DNA of 32,000 nt from Pseudidiomarina andamanensis (GTDB lineage: Bacteria > Pseudomonadota > Gammaproteobacteria > Enterobacterales > Alteromonadaceae): positions 2,310,001-2,342,000 of the forward strand of contig NZ_CP032551.1 of assembly GCF_009734345.1 (NCBI RefSeq), given 5' to 3'. The notes below the pieces were generated by a model that searched no databases, was not told the DNA's origin, and saw only the letters and a list, made by a program, of their open reading frames with translations. Position 1 is the stretch's first letter. Each line of letters opens with the position of its first letter. Shown one piece after another: positions 19,120 to 27,987 of this stretch. The position numbers and the translations under genes are program-made.

Positions 19120-19505
19120 TGAAGACGTCTAGTTTTGTTCTATTCATGACGCTCATTGTCAGCATGCCTGTTCAGGCACAAGACAGCTGGGGGCGAAAGC
19201 TTGGCGAAGTACTCGGTGAATTGCCGTTGGCAGATTATTATCGAAGTGCCACCAGTTTCAATGATGTGCATTGGGTAAATGATGCCCAACTGCGAGAAGC
19301 GAATGTGCTGTACAAGATTAGCGCAAGTAGCAACGTGAATGTGCGTGCCGCCGCAACCACCGACAGCGCTGTCATATCAAGTTTACCAGCAAATAGTCTC
19401 GTGCAGATTCTGTCAAAACGACCGTTTGAGCCATGGTTTAAAGTTCAATTAGCTGGCGGAACCGAAGGATTTATTCACGAGAGTTTACTTGTTCGCGTCG
19501 AATAA
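19119..19505 (+). CDS. Exported SH3b (bacterial SH3-like) domain protein
   Basis: A signal peptide MKTSSFVLFMTLIVSMPVQAQ is followed by NVNVRAAATTDSAVISSLPANSLVQILSKRPFEPWFKVQLAGGTEGFIHESLL, which looks like an SH3_3-type fold. The start overlaps the upstream stop (TAATG). Confidence 0.65.
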   Translation: MKTSSFVLFMTLIVSMPVQAQDSWGRKLGEVLGELPLADYYRSATSFNDVHWVNDAQLREANVLYKISASSNVNVRAAATTDSAVISSLPANSLVQILSKRPFEPWFKVQLAGGTEGFIHESLLVRVE

Positions 19506-19549
19506 GGCTGACAAACGCACTGAATGATTAGCTAACGCACTGGCAGAAA

Positions 19550-19558
19550 TGGTAGAAT
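19550..19558 (+). promoter_or_regulatory. Candidate extended -10 promoter element (TGGTAGAAT) for tcdA
   Basis: TGnTAGAAT lies 30 nt upstream of the tcdA ATG. Two copies of AACGCACTG precede it (19514-19522 and 19534-19542). Confidence 0.4.
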
Positions 19559-19588
19559 GCGCCCGGTTTTTCAGGTGAGAGTGGGTTC

Positions 19589-20347
19589 ATGAGCAAAGAG
19601 CGTTTTGCGGGTATTCAACGCGTTTACGGCACGGCCGCAGCGCAATCATTTCAACAGCACCACGTTGCGGTGATTGGCTTGGGCGGCGTTGGCTCATGGG
19701 CGGTTGAGGCGCTGGCGCGCTCTGGTATTGGCGCACTCACGTTGATTGATCTCGACGATGTATGCGTGACGAATATCAATCGCCAGTTACCAGCACTAAC
19801 AAGCACAGTTGGTCAACTTAAAACAGAAGTATTAGCCGCACGGGTAAAAGATATTAATCCAGACTGCGAAGTACGCGTGATTGACGATTTCCTGTCAGCG
19901 GACAACCTCAACGAATATCTCGGTGAACCGGTCACCGCCGTATTAGATGCCATTGATAGTGTGACGGTGAAAGCAGCATTGATTGCTTGGTGTAAGCGCC
20001 GAAAGGTGCCGATGGTGACCTGTGGTGGTGCCGGTGGGCAGATTGACCCAAGCCAAGTGAAGTCGGGCGACTTAGCCAAAGCCACGCAAGATCCGCTGTT
20101 AGCGAAAGTTCGTTCCATGCTGCGTCGCGATTATAACTTCTCAAAGAACCCGAAACGTTCGTTTGGTGTCACCGCCGTGCACTCGACCGAGCAATTACGC
20201 TATCCGACGGGCGACGGCGAATGGTCGCACGCTAAACCCGGCGCTGGCAGCATGCGTATGGATTGCGCCACCGGCTTTGGCGCCGCCATGCCGGTCACCG
20301 CCACCTTCGCCATGCACGCGACCGCATTACTCCTGAAAAAACTGTAG
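19589..20347 (+). CDS. tcdA: tRNA threonylcarbamoyladenosine dehydratase (ThiF/MoeB-like E1 fold)
   Basis: ERFAGIQRVYG, VIGLGGVGSWAVEALARSGIG, LIDLDDVCVTNINRQ and the 252-aa length fit TcdA. The gene is convergent with csdE, as in E. coli. Confidence 0.85.
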   Translation: MSKERFAGIQRVYGTAAAQSFQQHHVAVIGLGGVGSWAVEALARSGIGALTLIDLDDVCVTNINRQLPALTSTVGQLKTEVLAARVKDINPDCEVRVIDDFLSADNLNEYLGEPVTAVLDAIDSVTVKAALIAWCKRRKVPMVTCGGAGGQIDPSQVKSGDLAKATQDPLLAKVRSMLRRDYNFSKNPKRSFGVTAVHSTEQLRYPTGDGEWSHAKPGAGSMRMDCATGFGAAMPVTATFAMHATALLLKKL

Positions 20348-20380
20348 CCCGGCGTTTTACGCTGGGGGCGCGAAGCGCCG
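20348..20380. terminator. Hairpin module between convergent tcdA and csdE (CCCGGCG...GCTGGGG, then GGCGC-GAA-GCGCC)
   Basis: It has the same architecture and the same GGCGCGAAGCGCCGT string as the module after thyA. It fills the entire 33-nt gap between the two stop codons. Confidence 0.4.
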
Positions 20381-20800
20381 TTATTTGTCTTGCAATTTGG
20401 CGATGACATTGCGCAAGCCATTGCGGCGCGAAGACGTGACAAAGTCAGCCAACCCAAGCGCATCAAAGTGGTCATCTAACGAGTAATTTGAAACTTGCTC
20501 TGCACTAGCACCGTGTAATGCCTGCCGAATCACCATCAATAAACCCAACACCACGCGTGACTCGCTATCAACCGTGAGACATAACTGGTCAGCATGCCAG
20601 TCAGCTAGCACCCAAACTCGTGCTTCGCAACCAAACACCTCGCGCTCAGATGTACGAAAGCCATCAGGAATCTCAGCTTGCTTCGCCAATTGCACCAAAT
20701 AACGCATACGATTCTCACGAGAACCTAGTTGCTCTCGCAGCGCCGACAGATCAGATTCAGTTAAAATGCCGTACATGTAATTCCTAGTGAAAAGTGACAA
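20381..20800 (-). CDS. csdE: SufE/CsdE-family sulfur acceptor protein
   Basis: The conserved Cys lies in [10 protein letters not shown], the length is about 139 aa, and tcdA is adjacent. The start may be an internal Met. Confidence 0.75.
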   Translation of the reverse strand: MSLFTRNYMYGILTESDLSALREQLGSRENRMRYLVQLAKQAEIPDGFRTSEREVFGCEARVWVLADWHADQLCLTVDSESRVVLGLLMVIRQALHGASAEQVSNYSLDDHFDALGLADFVTSSRRNGLRNVIAKLQDK

Positions 20801-20917
20801 TTCGTCAGGTTAGTCAATAAAAACGCCCGTAAGAGTACCATTTTTGTGCCGAAAAATGTTAATCTTGCTCGGTCTCAAATTCATTTGAACAGAACTTTAA
20901 ACAACAGGAACGACAAC

Positions 20918-21667
20918 ATGAAAGTATTAGTGGCGGTCAAACGCGTCATTGATTACAACGTGAAAGTTCGCGTCAAAGCGGACCAATCAGACGTTGATCT
21001 GGCCAACGTAAAAATGGCCCTGAACCCGTTCTGTGAAATCGCTGTCGAGGAAGCAGTACGACTCAAAGAAAAAGGCATTGCCGAAGAAGTTGTGGTTGTG
21101 AGCATTGGCCCGAAAGCGGTGCAAGAACAATTACGCACAGCGTTGGCACTTGGTGCCGATCGTGCAATCCAAGTAGAAACCGATGAGCTTCCAGATTCAT
21201 TAGCCGTCGCCAAGTTGCTGAAAGGCGTGGTGGAAAAAGAACAGCCACAGTTGATTATTCTTGGCAAACAAGCCATTGATTCTGACAACAACCAAACAGG
21301 TCAAATGCTCGGTGCATTGACTGGCATGCCGCAAGGTACGTTCGCATCGAAAGTTGACGTTGCGGATGGCAGCGTGAACGTCACACGTGAAGTAGACGGC
21401 GGTTTGCAGACGGTGAAGTTACAATTGCCAGCAATTGTCACCACTGACTTACGTTTGAACGAACCTCGTTATGCGTCATTACCAAACATCATGAAGGCGA
21501 AGAAAAAGCCGCTTGATGTGACCACGCCAGACGAATTAGGCGTAAGCGTAACTCGTACTGTGAAATTGCTAAAAGTTGAGCCGCCTGCGGAACGTAGTGC
21601 CGGCATCAAGGTAGCAGACGTCGCAGAATTGGTTGAAAAACTTCAAAATGAGGCAAAAGTGATATGA
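20918..21667 (+). CDS. etfB: Electron transfer flavoprotein beta subunit
   Basis: [35 protein letters not shown] and [19 protein letters not shown] are present. The start is taken at ATG 20918. The 24-codon track extension is rejected. Confidence 0.9.
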   Translation: MKVLVAVKRVIDYNVKVRVKADQSDVDLANVKMALNPFCEIAVEEAVRLKEKGIAEEVVVVSIGPKAVQEQLRTALALGADRAIQVETDELPDSLAVAKLLKGVVEKEQPQLIILGKQAIDSDNNQTGQMLGALTGMPQGTFASKVDVADGSVNVTREVDGGLQTVKLQLPAIVTTDLRLNEPRYASLPNIMKAKKKPLDVTTPDELGVSVTRTVKLLKVEPPAERSAGIKVADVAELVEKLQNEAKVI

Positions 21668-22593
21668 GCATTCTCGTTATTGCCGAACATGACAACGCAC
21701 AATTGAATGGCGCTACGCTGAAAACCCTCGCGGCAGCGAAGCAAATTGGCGGTGACATTCACGTCTTAGTCGCTGGTGAAGGCTGCCAGGCAGTTGCCGA
21801 CGAAGTTGCCAAAGCCGACGGCGTGAGCAAAGTTTTAGTTGCTGACAACGCAGCTTACGGTCACTTCTTAGCTGAAAACTTAGGTCAGCTTGTGGCTGAG
21901 TTAGGCAAAAACTACAGCCACATCTTGGCTCCAGCGACCACTACCGGCAAAAACTTCATGCCGCGTGTCGCAGCGCTGCTAGACGTTGCGCAAATCTCTG
22001 ACATTATCGCAGTAGAAAGCGCCGATACCTTCAAGCGCCCAATCTACGCGGGTAACGCAATTGCAACCGTACAGTCAGAAGACGCAATCAAAGTGATCAC
22101 CGTCCGTGCAACCGCATTTGATGCAGTTGCAGCAGAAGGCGGCAACGGCAGCGTTGAGTCTATCGATAATGTTGTAAACAACGATAAAGCTGAATTTGTT
22201 GGCGAAGAGCTTGCCCAGTCAGAGCGTCCAGATCTCACCGCAGCACGCGTCGTGATTTCAGGCGGTCGCGGTATGCAAAACGGTGAAAACTTTCACCTAC
22301 TTGAGAAAGTTGCTGACAAACTTGGCGCCGCTGTTGGTGCATCACGTGCCGCCGTTGACGCAGGCTTCGTACCAAACGACATGCAAGTCGGCCAAACCGG
22401 TAAAATTGTCGCACCTGAACTCTACATCGCAGTCGGTATCAGCGGTGCTATCCAGCATTTAGCCGGTATGAAAGACTCGAAAGTTATCGTCGCCATCAAC
22501 AAAGACGAAGAAGCACCAATCTTCCAGGTGGCAGATTATGGCTTAGTCGCTGACTTGTTCGACGTACTGCCAGAGCTAGAGCAAAAACTCTAA
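21664..22593 (+). CDS. etfA: Electron transfer flavoprotein alpha subunit
   Basis: [70 protein letters not shown] are present. The start overlaps the etfB stop by 4 nt. Confidence 0.92.
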   Translation: MSILVIAEHDNAQLNGATLKTLAAAKQIGGDIHVLVAGEGCQAVADEVAKADGVSKVLVADNAAYGHFLAENLGQLVAELGKNYSHILAPATTTGKNFMPRVAALLDVAQISDIIAVESADTFKRPIYAGNAIATVQSEDAIKVITVRATAFDAVAAEGGNGSVESIDNVVNNDKAEFVGEELAQSERPDLTAARVVISGGRGMQNGENFHLLEKVADKLGAAVGASRAAVDAGFVPNDMQVGQTGKIVAPELYIAVGISGAIQHLAGMKDSKVIVAINKDEEAPIFQVADYGLVADLFDVLPELEQKL

Positions 22594-22604
22594 AGACGAA
22601 GAGC

Positions 22605-22724
22605 GTTAGCCGTTATTCGTTATTGGTTATTCGAAAGAGCGAAAACCAAAAGCGTAAAAACCGAAAATCTCCGTTGCACTTTGTGCGCGGAGATTTTTTT
22701 ATCTTTAACGAGTAACCAATAACG
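22605..22724. repeat. Heptamer-armed hairpin element, copy e, with an embedded terminator-like hairpin
   Basis: The left arm is GTTAGCC GTTATTC GTTATTG GTTATTC (22605-22632). The core contains ATCTCCG...CGGAGAT (22667-22694) followed by TTTTTTT. The right arm is GAGTAAC CAATAAC (22710-22723). Confidence 0.85.
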
Positions 22725-22850
22725 TTTTTCGGTTTTCTTTGCGGTTTTTTAACTATGCAAAGTGCGTGGACAGATTTTGAGACCGTTGCTATAACATCCA
22801 TATACGTCAATGATCATATATCAACGTTTATAGTGAAGGATGCTCAAGGC

Positions 22851-23726
22851 ATGAAAACAATACTAACAAAGTCTCTGACAGCATTAACCCTGACCACCGC
22901 CCTTACTGTTATCAGTGCACCAAACGCACAAGCTGAGACCATTGAAGTGCGCGGCCATATTAATTATGGCTATAGCTTCAATCCAACGGGAGTGACTCAA
23001 TACCAAGGTGGCGAGTACGTGCTTGAAATTACGCAGCGTCCGCAAATGCCACTGGTATATGCCGCGAGTACATGGCGCCAATACAGTGATGCTATCGATC
23101 GCGTCACTGTTTCAGTGTATGACAGCGAAGGCAATGCGGTGAGCGTACGTCAACCACTGGCCGCAACCGAGCTCGGTGAACCAACCACCAATACTTTATA
23201 TTTCGATTATGGATACCGCTCAAATTACACCAGCTGGACCATGCTCGGATTAAATAAAGATGGTTACAACAGCCAACTCAATTTAAATCTGCGCGGGCCG
23301 CGCGATAGCTTGTTTGCATCAACGGCTGAGTTTCCACGTTTCGTAAACACTCCCCGGTACGTGAACGCTACTATGTTTTCAAACGTGGAAACCGCCGATG
23401 GTGATGATGTCGTCTATATTTATGGCCCGGTTACGGAAGTGAATTACCTCACTGCAGATAGTGACGGCGATGGCATTAATGATGACGTTGATGCTTGTCC
23501 AGCGTCAGACATCAGCCGCACTGTGGTCATTGATTTTACGGATACCGGTGTTTCCAATAGTGTGGATAGCACAGGTTGCTCGGTAACCGACAAAATTTTG
23601 GCATGCCAAGCCGACGCGAAAAACCGTGGTGATTTTGTTTCTTGCGCGAGCCACTTGGCGAAGCAGTTGCGTAAAGAAGGTGTCATCAGCAATAGTGAAC
23701 ACGGCGCACTCCTCCGTCACCTCTAA
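22851..23726 (+). CDS. Hypothetical secreted protein with an acidic Ca-binding-type repeat
   Basis: The start is taken at MKTILTKSLTALTLTTALTVISAPNAQA (signal peptide). The motif DSDGDGINDDVDACP resembles thrombospondin type-3 / OmpA-like Ca-binding repeats. The C-terminus is Cys-rich. Confidence 0.6.
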   Translation: MKTILTKSLTALTLTTALTVISAPNAQAETIEVRGHINYGYSFNPTGVTQYQGGEYVLEITQRPQMPLVYAASTWRQYSDAIDRVTVSVYDSEGNAVSVRQPLAATELGEPTTNTLYFDYGYRSNYTSWTMLGLNKDGYNSQLNLNLRGPRDSLFASTAEFPRFVNTPRYVNATMFSNVETADGDDVVYIYGPVTEVNYLTADSDGDGINDDVDACPASDISRTVVIDFTDTGVSNSVDSTGCSVTDKILACQADAKNRGDFVSCASHLAKQLRKEGVISNSEHGALLRHL

Positions 23727-23734
23727 AGTCAAAA

Positions 23735-23870
23735 CGTTATTCGTTGTTCGTTATTGGTTAATCGAAAAACCGAATAGCGAAAAAGCCTGAAGACCGAAAA
23801 TCTCCGCTGCGCTCTGCGCACGGAGATTTTTTATGTTTAACGAACAACGAATAACGATTAACGAACAACG
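23735..23870. repeat. Heptamer-armed hairpin element, copy f
   Basis: The left arm is GTTATTC GTTGTTC GTTATTG GTTAATC (23736-23763). The core is homologous to the copy-e core, including the ATCTCCGCTGCGC...GCGCACGGAGAT hairpin (23800-23827) plus a T-run. The right arm is GAACAAC GAATAAC GATTAAC GAACAAC (23842-23869). Confidence 0.9.
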
Positions 23871-23957
23871 ATTTTTTTCCTAACGAATCACTTGCATATT
23901 TGTAACTCATCGGACATGATTGAACCTATAACATCCTAATCGGATTAGGTGGCTAAC

Positions 23958-25802
23958 ATGAAAAGAAGAACAACTATGCTCAAAAAATTACCTATCGCGT
24001 CAGCTATCGCGCTGGCATTAGCAGGAACAGCAAGCGTCCAGGCAGCGGAATTTGAAGTAGGTGACTTCCGCGTTAAGTTCGACTCCATCATTTCATATGG
24101 TGCCGCATGGCGTATGGAAGAGCGCAATATGCGTCTTATCCATCCAGGCAACATGGATGGTGGCCTTGGTCAATCAGGCGTTGCCGACGACGGTAACCTG
24201 AACTACGACAAAGGCGACATGGTTTCTTCTGTTATTAAGGGTGTGCACGATTTAAGTATCGATGGCGGCGATTACGGCGCGTTCGTACGTTTCAAATATT
24301 GGTATGACGATGTCATCAAAAACGAAGAAGTCGCACACGGTCATACTTCAACGAATTACTATCCGAATGTAACCCTTGATAACGACGGTCTTGACGATTG
24401 GTCAACCGGTTCAGGCATCAAATTGCTTGACGCATTCGTATACGGCTACTTCGACATGGGCGATGTGCCAGTTAACGTGCGTTTAGGTCGTCAAGTATTA
24501 AGCTGGGGTGAAAGTACCTTCATCTTTAACGGCGTGAACGCCATCAACCCAGTCGACGTGAACGCAATCCGTCGCCCAGGCGTTGAAATTAAAGAAGCAT
24601 TGCTACCAGTTGGTATGTTGAACATCAACTTAGGTTTAACCAACGAAACCAGCTTAGACATGTTTTATCAATATGAGTGGGACGACTACAAACTAGACGG
24701 TTGTGGTACCTTCTTCTCAACAGTTGATATTTTAGGTGGCGAAGGCTGTAACAAAGTAACGCTAAACCCAACTTTGATTGCAGGCGTACCAAGTTCAAGC
24801 TTAAGCGATTTAGAATCAATTCAATTTGGTACCTACCTTGAGCGTCGTCCTGATATCGAGCCTGACGACGGTGGCCAGTACGGTTTCGCATTACGTCACT
24901 ACGCAACCGATATCGATACTGAATTCGGTGTGTACTACATGAATATTCATACGCAGACACCAATTATTTCTGCGTACAACTGGGTTGAACAGCCATCACC
25001 GGCACTAAGTCACCCAGACGGTATTCCAATTGCTGGTCCTGACTATGTGTTGCAGTTCCCTGAAGACCAAGAAATCATTGGTTTCAGTGCTTCAACCTTA
25101 GTTGGTGAATGGTCTGTTGGTGGTGAAGTTAGCCATCGTTTCGACATGCCAGTGCAAATTAACACCACTGAAATCTTAACGGCTGGTTTGCGCGCAGGCG
25201 TACCAAGCACTTTCTCTGACCGTATTCAGCGCGATGAAACGGGTGCCATCACCAACTTAGGTGAGTTGCAAGAAGGTTACGATAAGTATGATGTTAGCCA
25301 GTGGCAGTTAACCGGTGTTCGTTTCTTTGACCGCGCACTTGGTGCTGACCGCATCACTTTCATCGGTGAAGTTGCAGTAAGCAAGGTTCATGGTTTAGCT
25401 GGTCTAGATGAGCAACGTTACGGTCGCAACCCAGTATTTGGTAAGTGCTTAACTGTGGCTGATCAAGCTGCATTGGGTAACCCAACAGCTACTGCAGACA
25501 TCAACTGTGAAGGTTTTGTAACTGCAACGTCGTGGGGCTACCGCGCGCGTGTTGTGGGTGAATACAACAACGTGTTCTCAGGCTGGAACATGACTCCAAC
25601 TTTAGCATTCGGTCATGACGTAAAAGGTTACTCAGCAAACTCAAACTTTATCGAGGGTCGTAAGACAATCGGTTTAAGCGTTGATTTCAGCTACCTCAGC
25701 AAATACAAAGTTGGTGTTGGTTATAACATCACCGACGGCGCTGAGTTTGATGCAGCCGATGACCGCGATTTCGCAGCCGTCAGCTTCAGCTACAGCTTCT
25801 AA
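23958..25802 (+). CDS. DUF1302-family outer-membrane beta-barrel protein
   Basis: ATG 23958 lies 5 nt after AGGTGG. The signal peptide ends in SVQAAEF. GRQVLSWGESTFIFNGVNAINPVDVNAIRRPGVEIKEALLPV is typical of DUF1302. The protein ends in an aromatic residue (SFSYSF). Confidence 0.7.
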   Translation: MKRRTTMLKKLPIASAIALALAGTASVQAAEFEVGDFRVKFDSIISYGAAWRMEERNMRLIHPGNMDGGLGQSGVADDGNLNYDKGDMVSSVIKGVHDLSIDGGDYGAFVRFKYWYDDVIKNEEVAHGHTSTNYYPNVTLDNDGLDDWSTGSGIKLLDAFVYGYFDMGDVPVNVRLGRQVLSWGESTFIFNGVNAINPVDVNAIRRPGVEIKEALLPVGMLNINLGLTNETSLDMFYQYEWDDYKLDGCGTFFSTVDILGGEGCNKVTLNPTLIAGVPSSSLSDLESIQFGTYLERRPDIEPDDGGQYGFALRHYATDIDTEFGVYYMNIHTQTPIISAYNWVEQPSPALSHPDGIPIAGPDYVLQFPEDQEIIGFSASTLVGEWSVGGEVSHRFDMPVQINTTEILTAGLRAGVPSTFSDRIQRDETGAITNLGELQEGYDKYDVSQWQLTGVRFFDRALGADRITFIGEVAVSKVHGLAGLDEQRYGRNPVFGKCLTVADQAALGNPTATADINCEGFVTATSWGYRARVVGEYNNVFSGWNMTPTLAFGHDVKGYSANSNFIEGRKTIGLSVDFSYLSKYKVGVGYNITDGAEFDAADDRDFAAVSFSYSF

Positions 25803-25814
25803 AATAGAAACACG

Positions 25815-25845
25815 AAAAAAACCGCCATTACGGCGGTTTTTTTTT
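25815..25845 (+). terminator. Rho-independent terminator
   Basis: AAAAAAACCGCC-attac-GGCGGTTTTTTTTT lies 13 nt after the stop codon. Confidence 0.8.
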
Positions 25846-25847
25846 GC

Positions 25848-25939
25848 CGTTAATCGTTAATCGTTATTCGTTACTCGTTAAATGTGCCTAGAATCGAATA
25901 ACTAGTAACGAATAACCAATAACGAATAACCAATAACGA
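25848..25939. repeat. Heptamer-armed hairpin element, copy g (minimal core)
   Basis: The left arm is GTTAATC GTTAATC GTTATTC GTTACTC (25849-25876). The centre is about 18 nt. The right arm has 6 units, GAATAAC TAGTAAC GAATAAC CAATAAC GAATAAC CAATAAC (25896-25937), and runs into GAGG, the likely SD of the next gene. Confidence 0.9.
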
Positions 25940-25950
25940 GGTTTTCACTT

Positions 25951-27966
25951 ATGAAAAAACTCTTAACGCTTAGCTTGGCTTTGGCTGCCACTAGCGCCTT
26001 CGCCAATACCGACAACACACTTCAGCTCGAAGATGTGTTTCAGCTGGAGTATGCCAGCCAGCCAACTATTCACCCTGACGGTGGTTATACCGTATTCGTG
26101 CGCAATTACATGGATATTATGAGCGATCGTCGCTTAGGTAATTTGTGGCGTGTCGATAACAAAGGTGAGCTGCGTCCACTAACTGGCGGTACGGCAAATG
26201 ATCATTCGCCAACTTGGTCGCCAGATGGCAAGACCTTGGCGTTTGTGTCAAATCGTACCGGCGCCAATCAAATCCACCTGTATTGGACAGATACTCGCGA
26301 TAGCGCGCCGGTAACTCGCCTGACAGGTAGCCCAAGCAACCTGACGTGGTCTCCCGATGGTAAGTGGCTTGCATTCACTATGTTCACCCCAAGCAGTAAA
26401 GCGCCACCGGTAAGTCTTCCAGGTAAGCCGAAAGGTGCCGAATGGGCCGAGCCTGCGCGTTATATTGAGAAAGATAACTATCGTTTTGATGGCGCTGGTT
26501 ATGCACCAGACGGCTTCACACAAATTTACGTGATTCCAGCGAGTGGCGGTACACCACGTCAGCTAACGCATGACGAATTTAACCATGGTGGTCAGCTAAC
26601 TTGGACGGGTGATAGCCAGAACATTATATTCTCGGCGAATCGTCGTGATGATGCATTCGAGCAACCGAATAACTCTGAACTGTATCAAGTTGCAATGAAA
26701 GATGGTGCGATCAAGCAATTAACCGATCGCAACGGACCAGATCGTTCACCGCAGGTTAGTCCTGATGGTAAGAAACTCGCCTGGCTGGGTTACGATGATA
26801 ATTATAAGAGTTATCAGCTAACCCACCTGTATGTCATGGACTTAAACGGTAACGGCGTGCCGAAGCTCATGACGACCGAACTTGACTACTCGGTTGACGA
26901 CGTAAAATGGTCAGACGATAGCCGTGGACTTTACTTTAGCTATGATAAAGAAGGTAAAGGTAACATTGCTTATCAAAGTCTCAGTGGTAGCCGACGTGTA
27001 TTAACGGATGCAATGGGTGGTTTGAGTTACACGCGTCCGTATAGTGGTGGTAGCTTCGATGTGAGTAAGAGTGGCGATCTGGTATTTACCATGGCCAACC
27101 CTTATCGACCAGCCGATTTGATGCTGCAAACCAGTAAAATCAAACGTAAGCTTACGAGCCTGAACGAAGATGCTTTAGCTCACAAAGAGCTAGGTCGTGT
27201 TGAAGAAATTTGGTACGAATCCAGCCATGATGATTACAAAATTCAAGGCTGGATTGCTTATCCACCCAATTTTGACCCAACTAAAAAATACCCACTGATT
27301 CTAGAAATTCATGGTGGTCCACATACCGCATATGCCGGCTCATTTGCAGCTGAAATTCAGTTGATGGCAGCGAAAGGTTATGTGGTGCTGTACACCAACC
27401 CACGCGGAAGCACCAGCTACGGCGTTGAATTCGCGCAAGAAATTCATCATAACTACCCGAGCCAAGATTACACCGATTTAATGGACGGCGTTGATGCTGT
27501 CATTGAAAAGGGCTTCATTGACGAAGAACGTTTGTATGTTACCGGTGGTAGCGGTGGTGGTGTGTTAACAGCTTGGATTGTTGGTCATACTGACCGTTTT
27601 GCCGGTGCTGTTGTCGCTAAACCAGTGATTAACTGGTACAGCTTTGTACTCACGGCTGATATGTACAATTACTTCACCAAATATTGGTTCCCTGGCTTGC
27701 CATGGGAGAATCAAGAACATTACATGAAGTATTCACCAATTAGCTACGTGGGCAATGTGAAAACACCAACCATGTTGCTAACCGGTGAGTCAGATTATCG
27801 TACGCCAATTTCAGAATCTGAACAGTATTACCAAGCGCTGAAGTTAGCAGGGGTAGAAACCGCGATGGTTCGTATTCCAGATGCGCCTCATGGTATTGCG
27901 GGACGCCCGTCAAACTTAATGGCCAAAGTGGCTTATATTCTGCATTGGTTTGAAGAGCACAAATAA
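25951..27966 (+). CDS. Exported S9-family serine peptidase (prolyl oligopeptidase / acylaminoacyl-peptidase type, beta-propeller N-domain)
   Basis: The signal peptide is MKKLLTLSLALAATSAFA. Repeated SPDGK PD40-like motifs are present. The catalytic region is YVTGGSGGG, with GESDYRTP and DAPHG as the candidate Asp and His. Confidence 0.85.
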   Translation: MKKLLTLSLALAATSAFANTDNTLQLEDVFQLEYASQPTIHPDGGYTVFVRNYMDIMSDRRLGNLWRVDNKGELRPLTGGTANDHSPTWSPDGKTLAFVSNRTGANQIHLYWTDTRDSAPVTRLTGSPSNLTWSPDGKWLAFTMFTPSSKAPPVSLPGKPKGAEWAEPARYIEKDNYRFDGAGYAPDGFTQIYVIPASGGTPRQLTHDEFNHGGQLTWTGDSQNIIFSANRRDDAFEQPNNSELYQVAMKDGAIKQLTDRNGPDRSPQVSPDGKKLAWLGYDDNYKSYQLTHLYVMDLNGNGVPKLMTTELDYSVDDVKWSDDSRGLYFSYDKEGKGNIAYQSLSGSRRVLTDAMGGLSYTRPYSGGSFDVSKSGDLVFTMANPYRPADLMLQTSKIKRKLTSLNEDALAHKELGRVEEIWYESSHDDYKIQGWIAYPPNFDPTKKYPLILEIHGGPHTAYAGSFAAEIQLMAAKGYVVLYTNPRGSTSYGVEFAQEIHHNYPSQDYTDLMDGVDAVIEKGFIDEERLYVTGGSGGGVLTAWIVGHTDRFAGAVVAKPVINWYSFVLTADMYNYFTKYWFPGLPWENQEHYMKYSPISYVGNVKTPTMLLTGESDYRTPISESEQYYQALKLAGVETAMVRIPDAPHGIAGRPSNLMAKVAYILHWFEEHK

Positions 27967-27987
27967 CCAAGAAGCAACGGTGATATA

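Noticed and set aside
14927-20380. The direct repeats after thyA and tcdA read as att sites of an integrated island
   Set aside because: No integrase, tRNA or mobility gene lies in the interval. The right-hand copy sits after tcdA, a housekeeping gene, rather than at the edge of the accessory genes. It is kept as a moderate-interest observation only, not called a mobile element.
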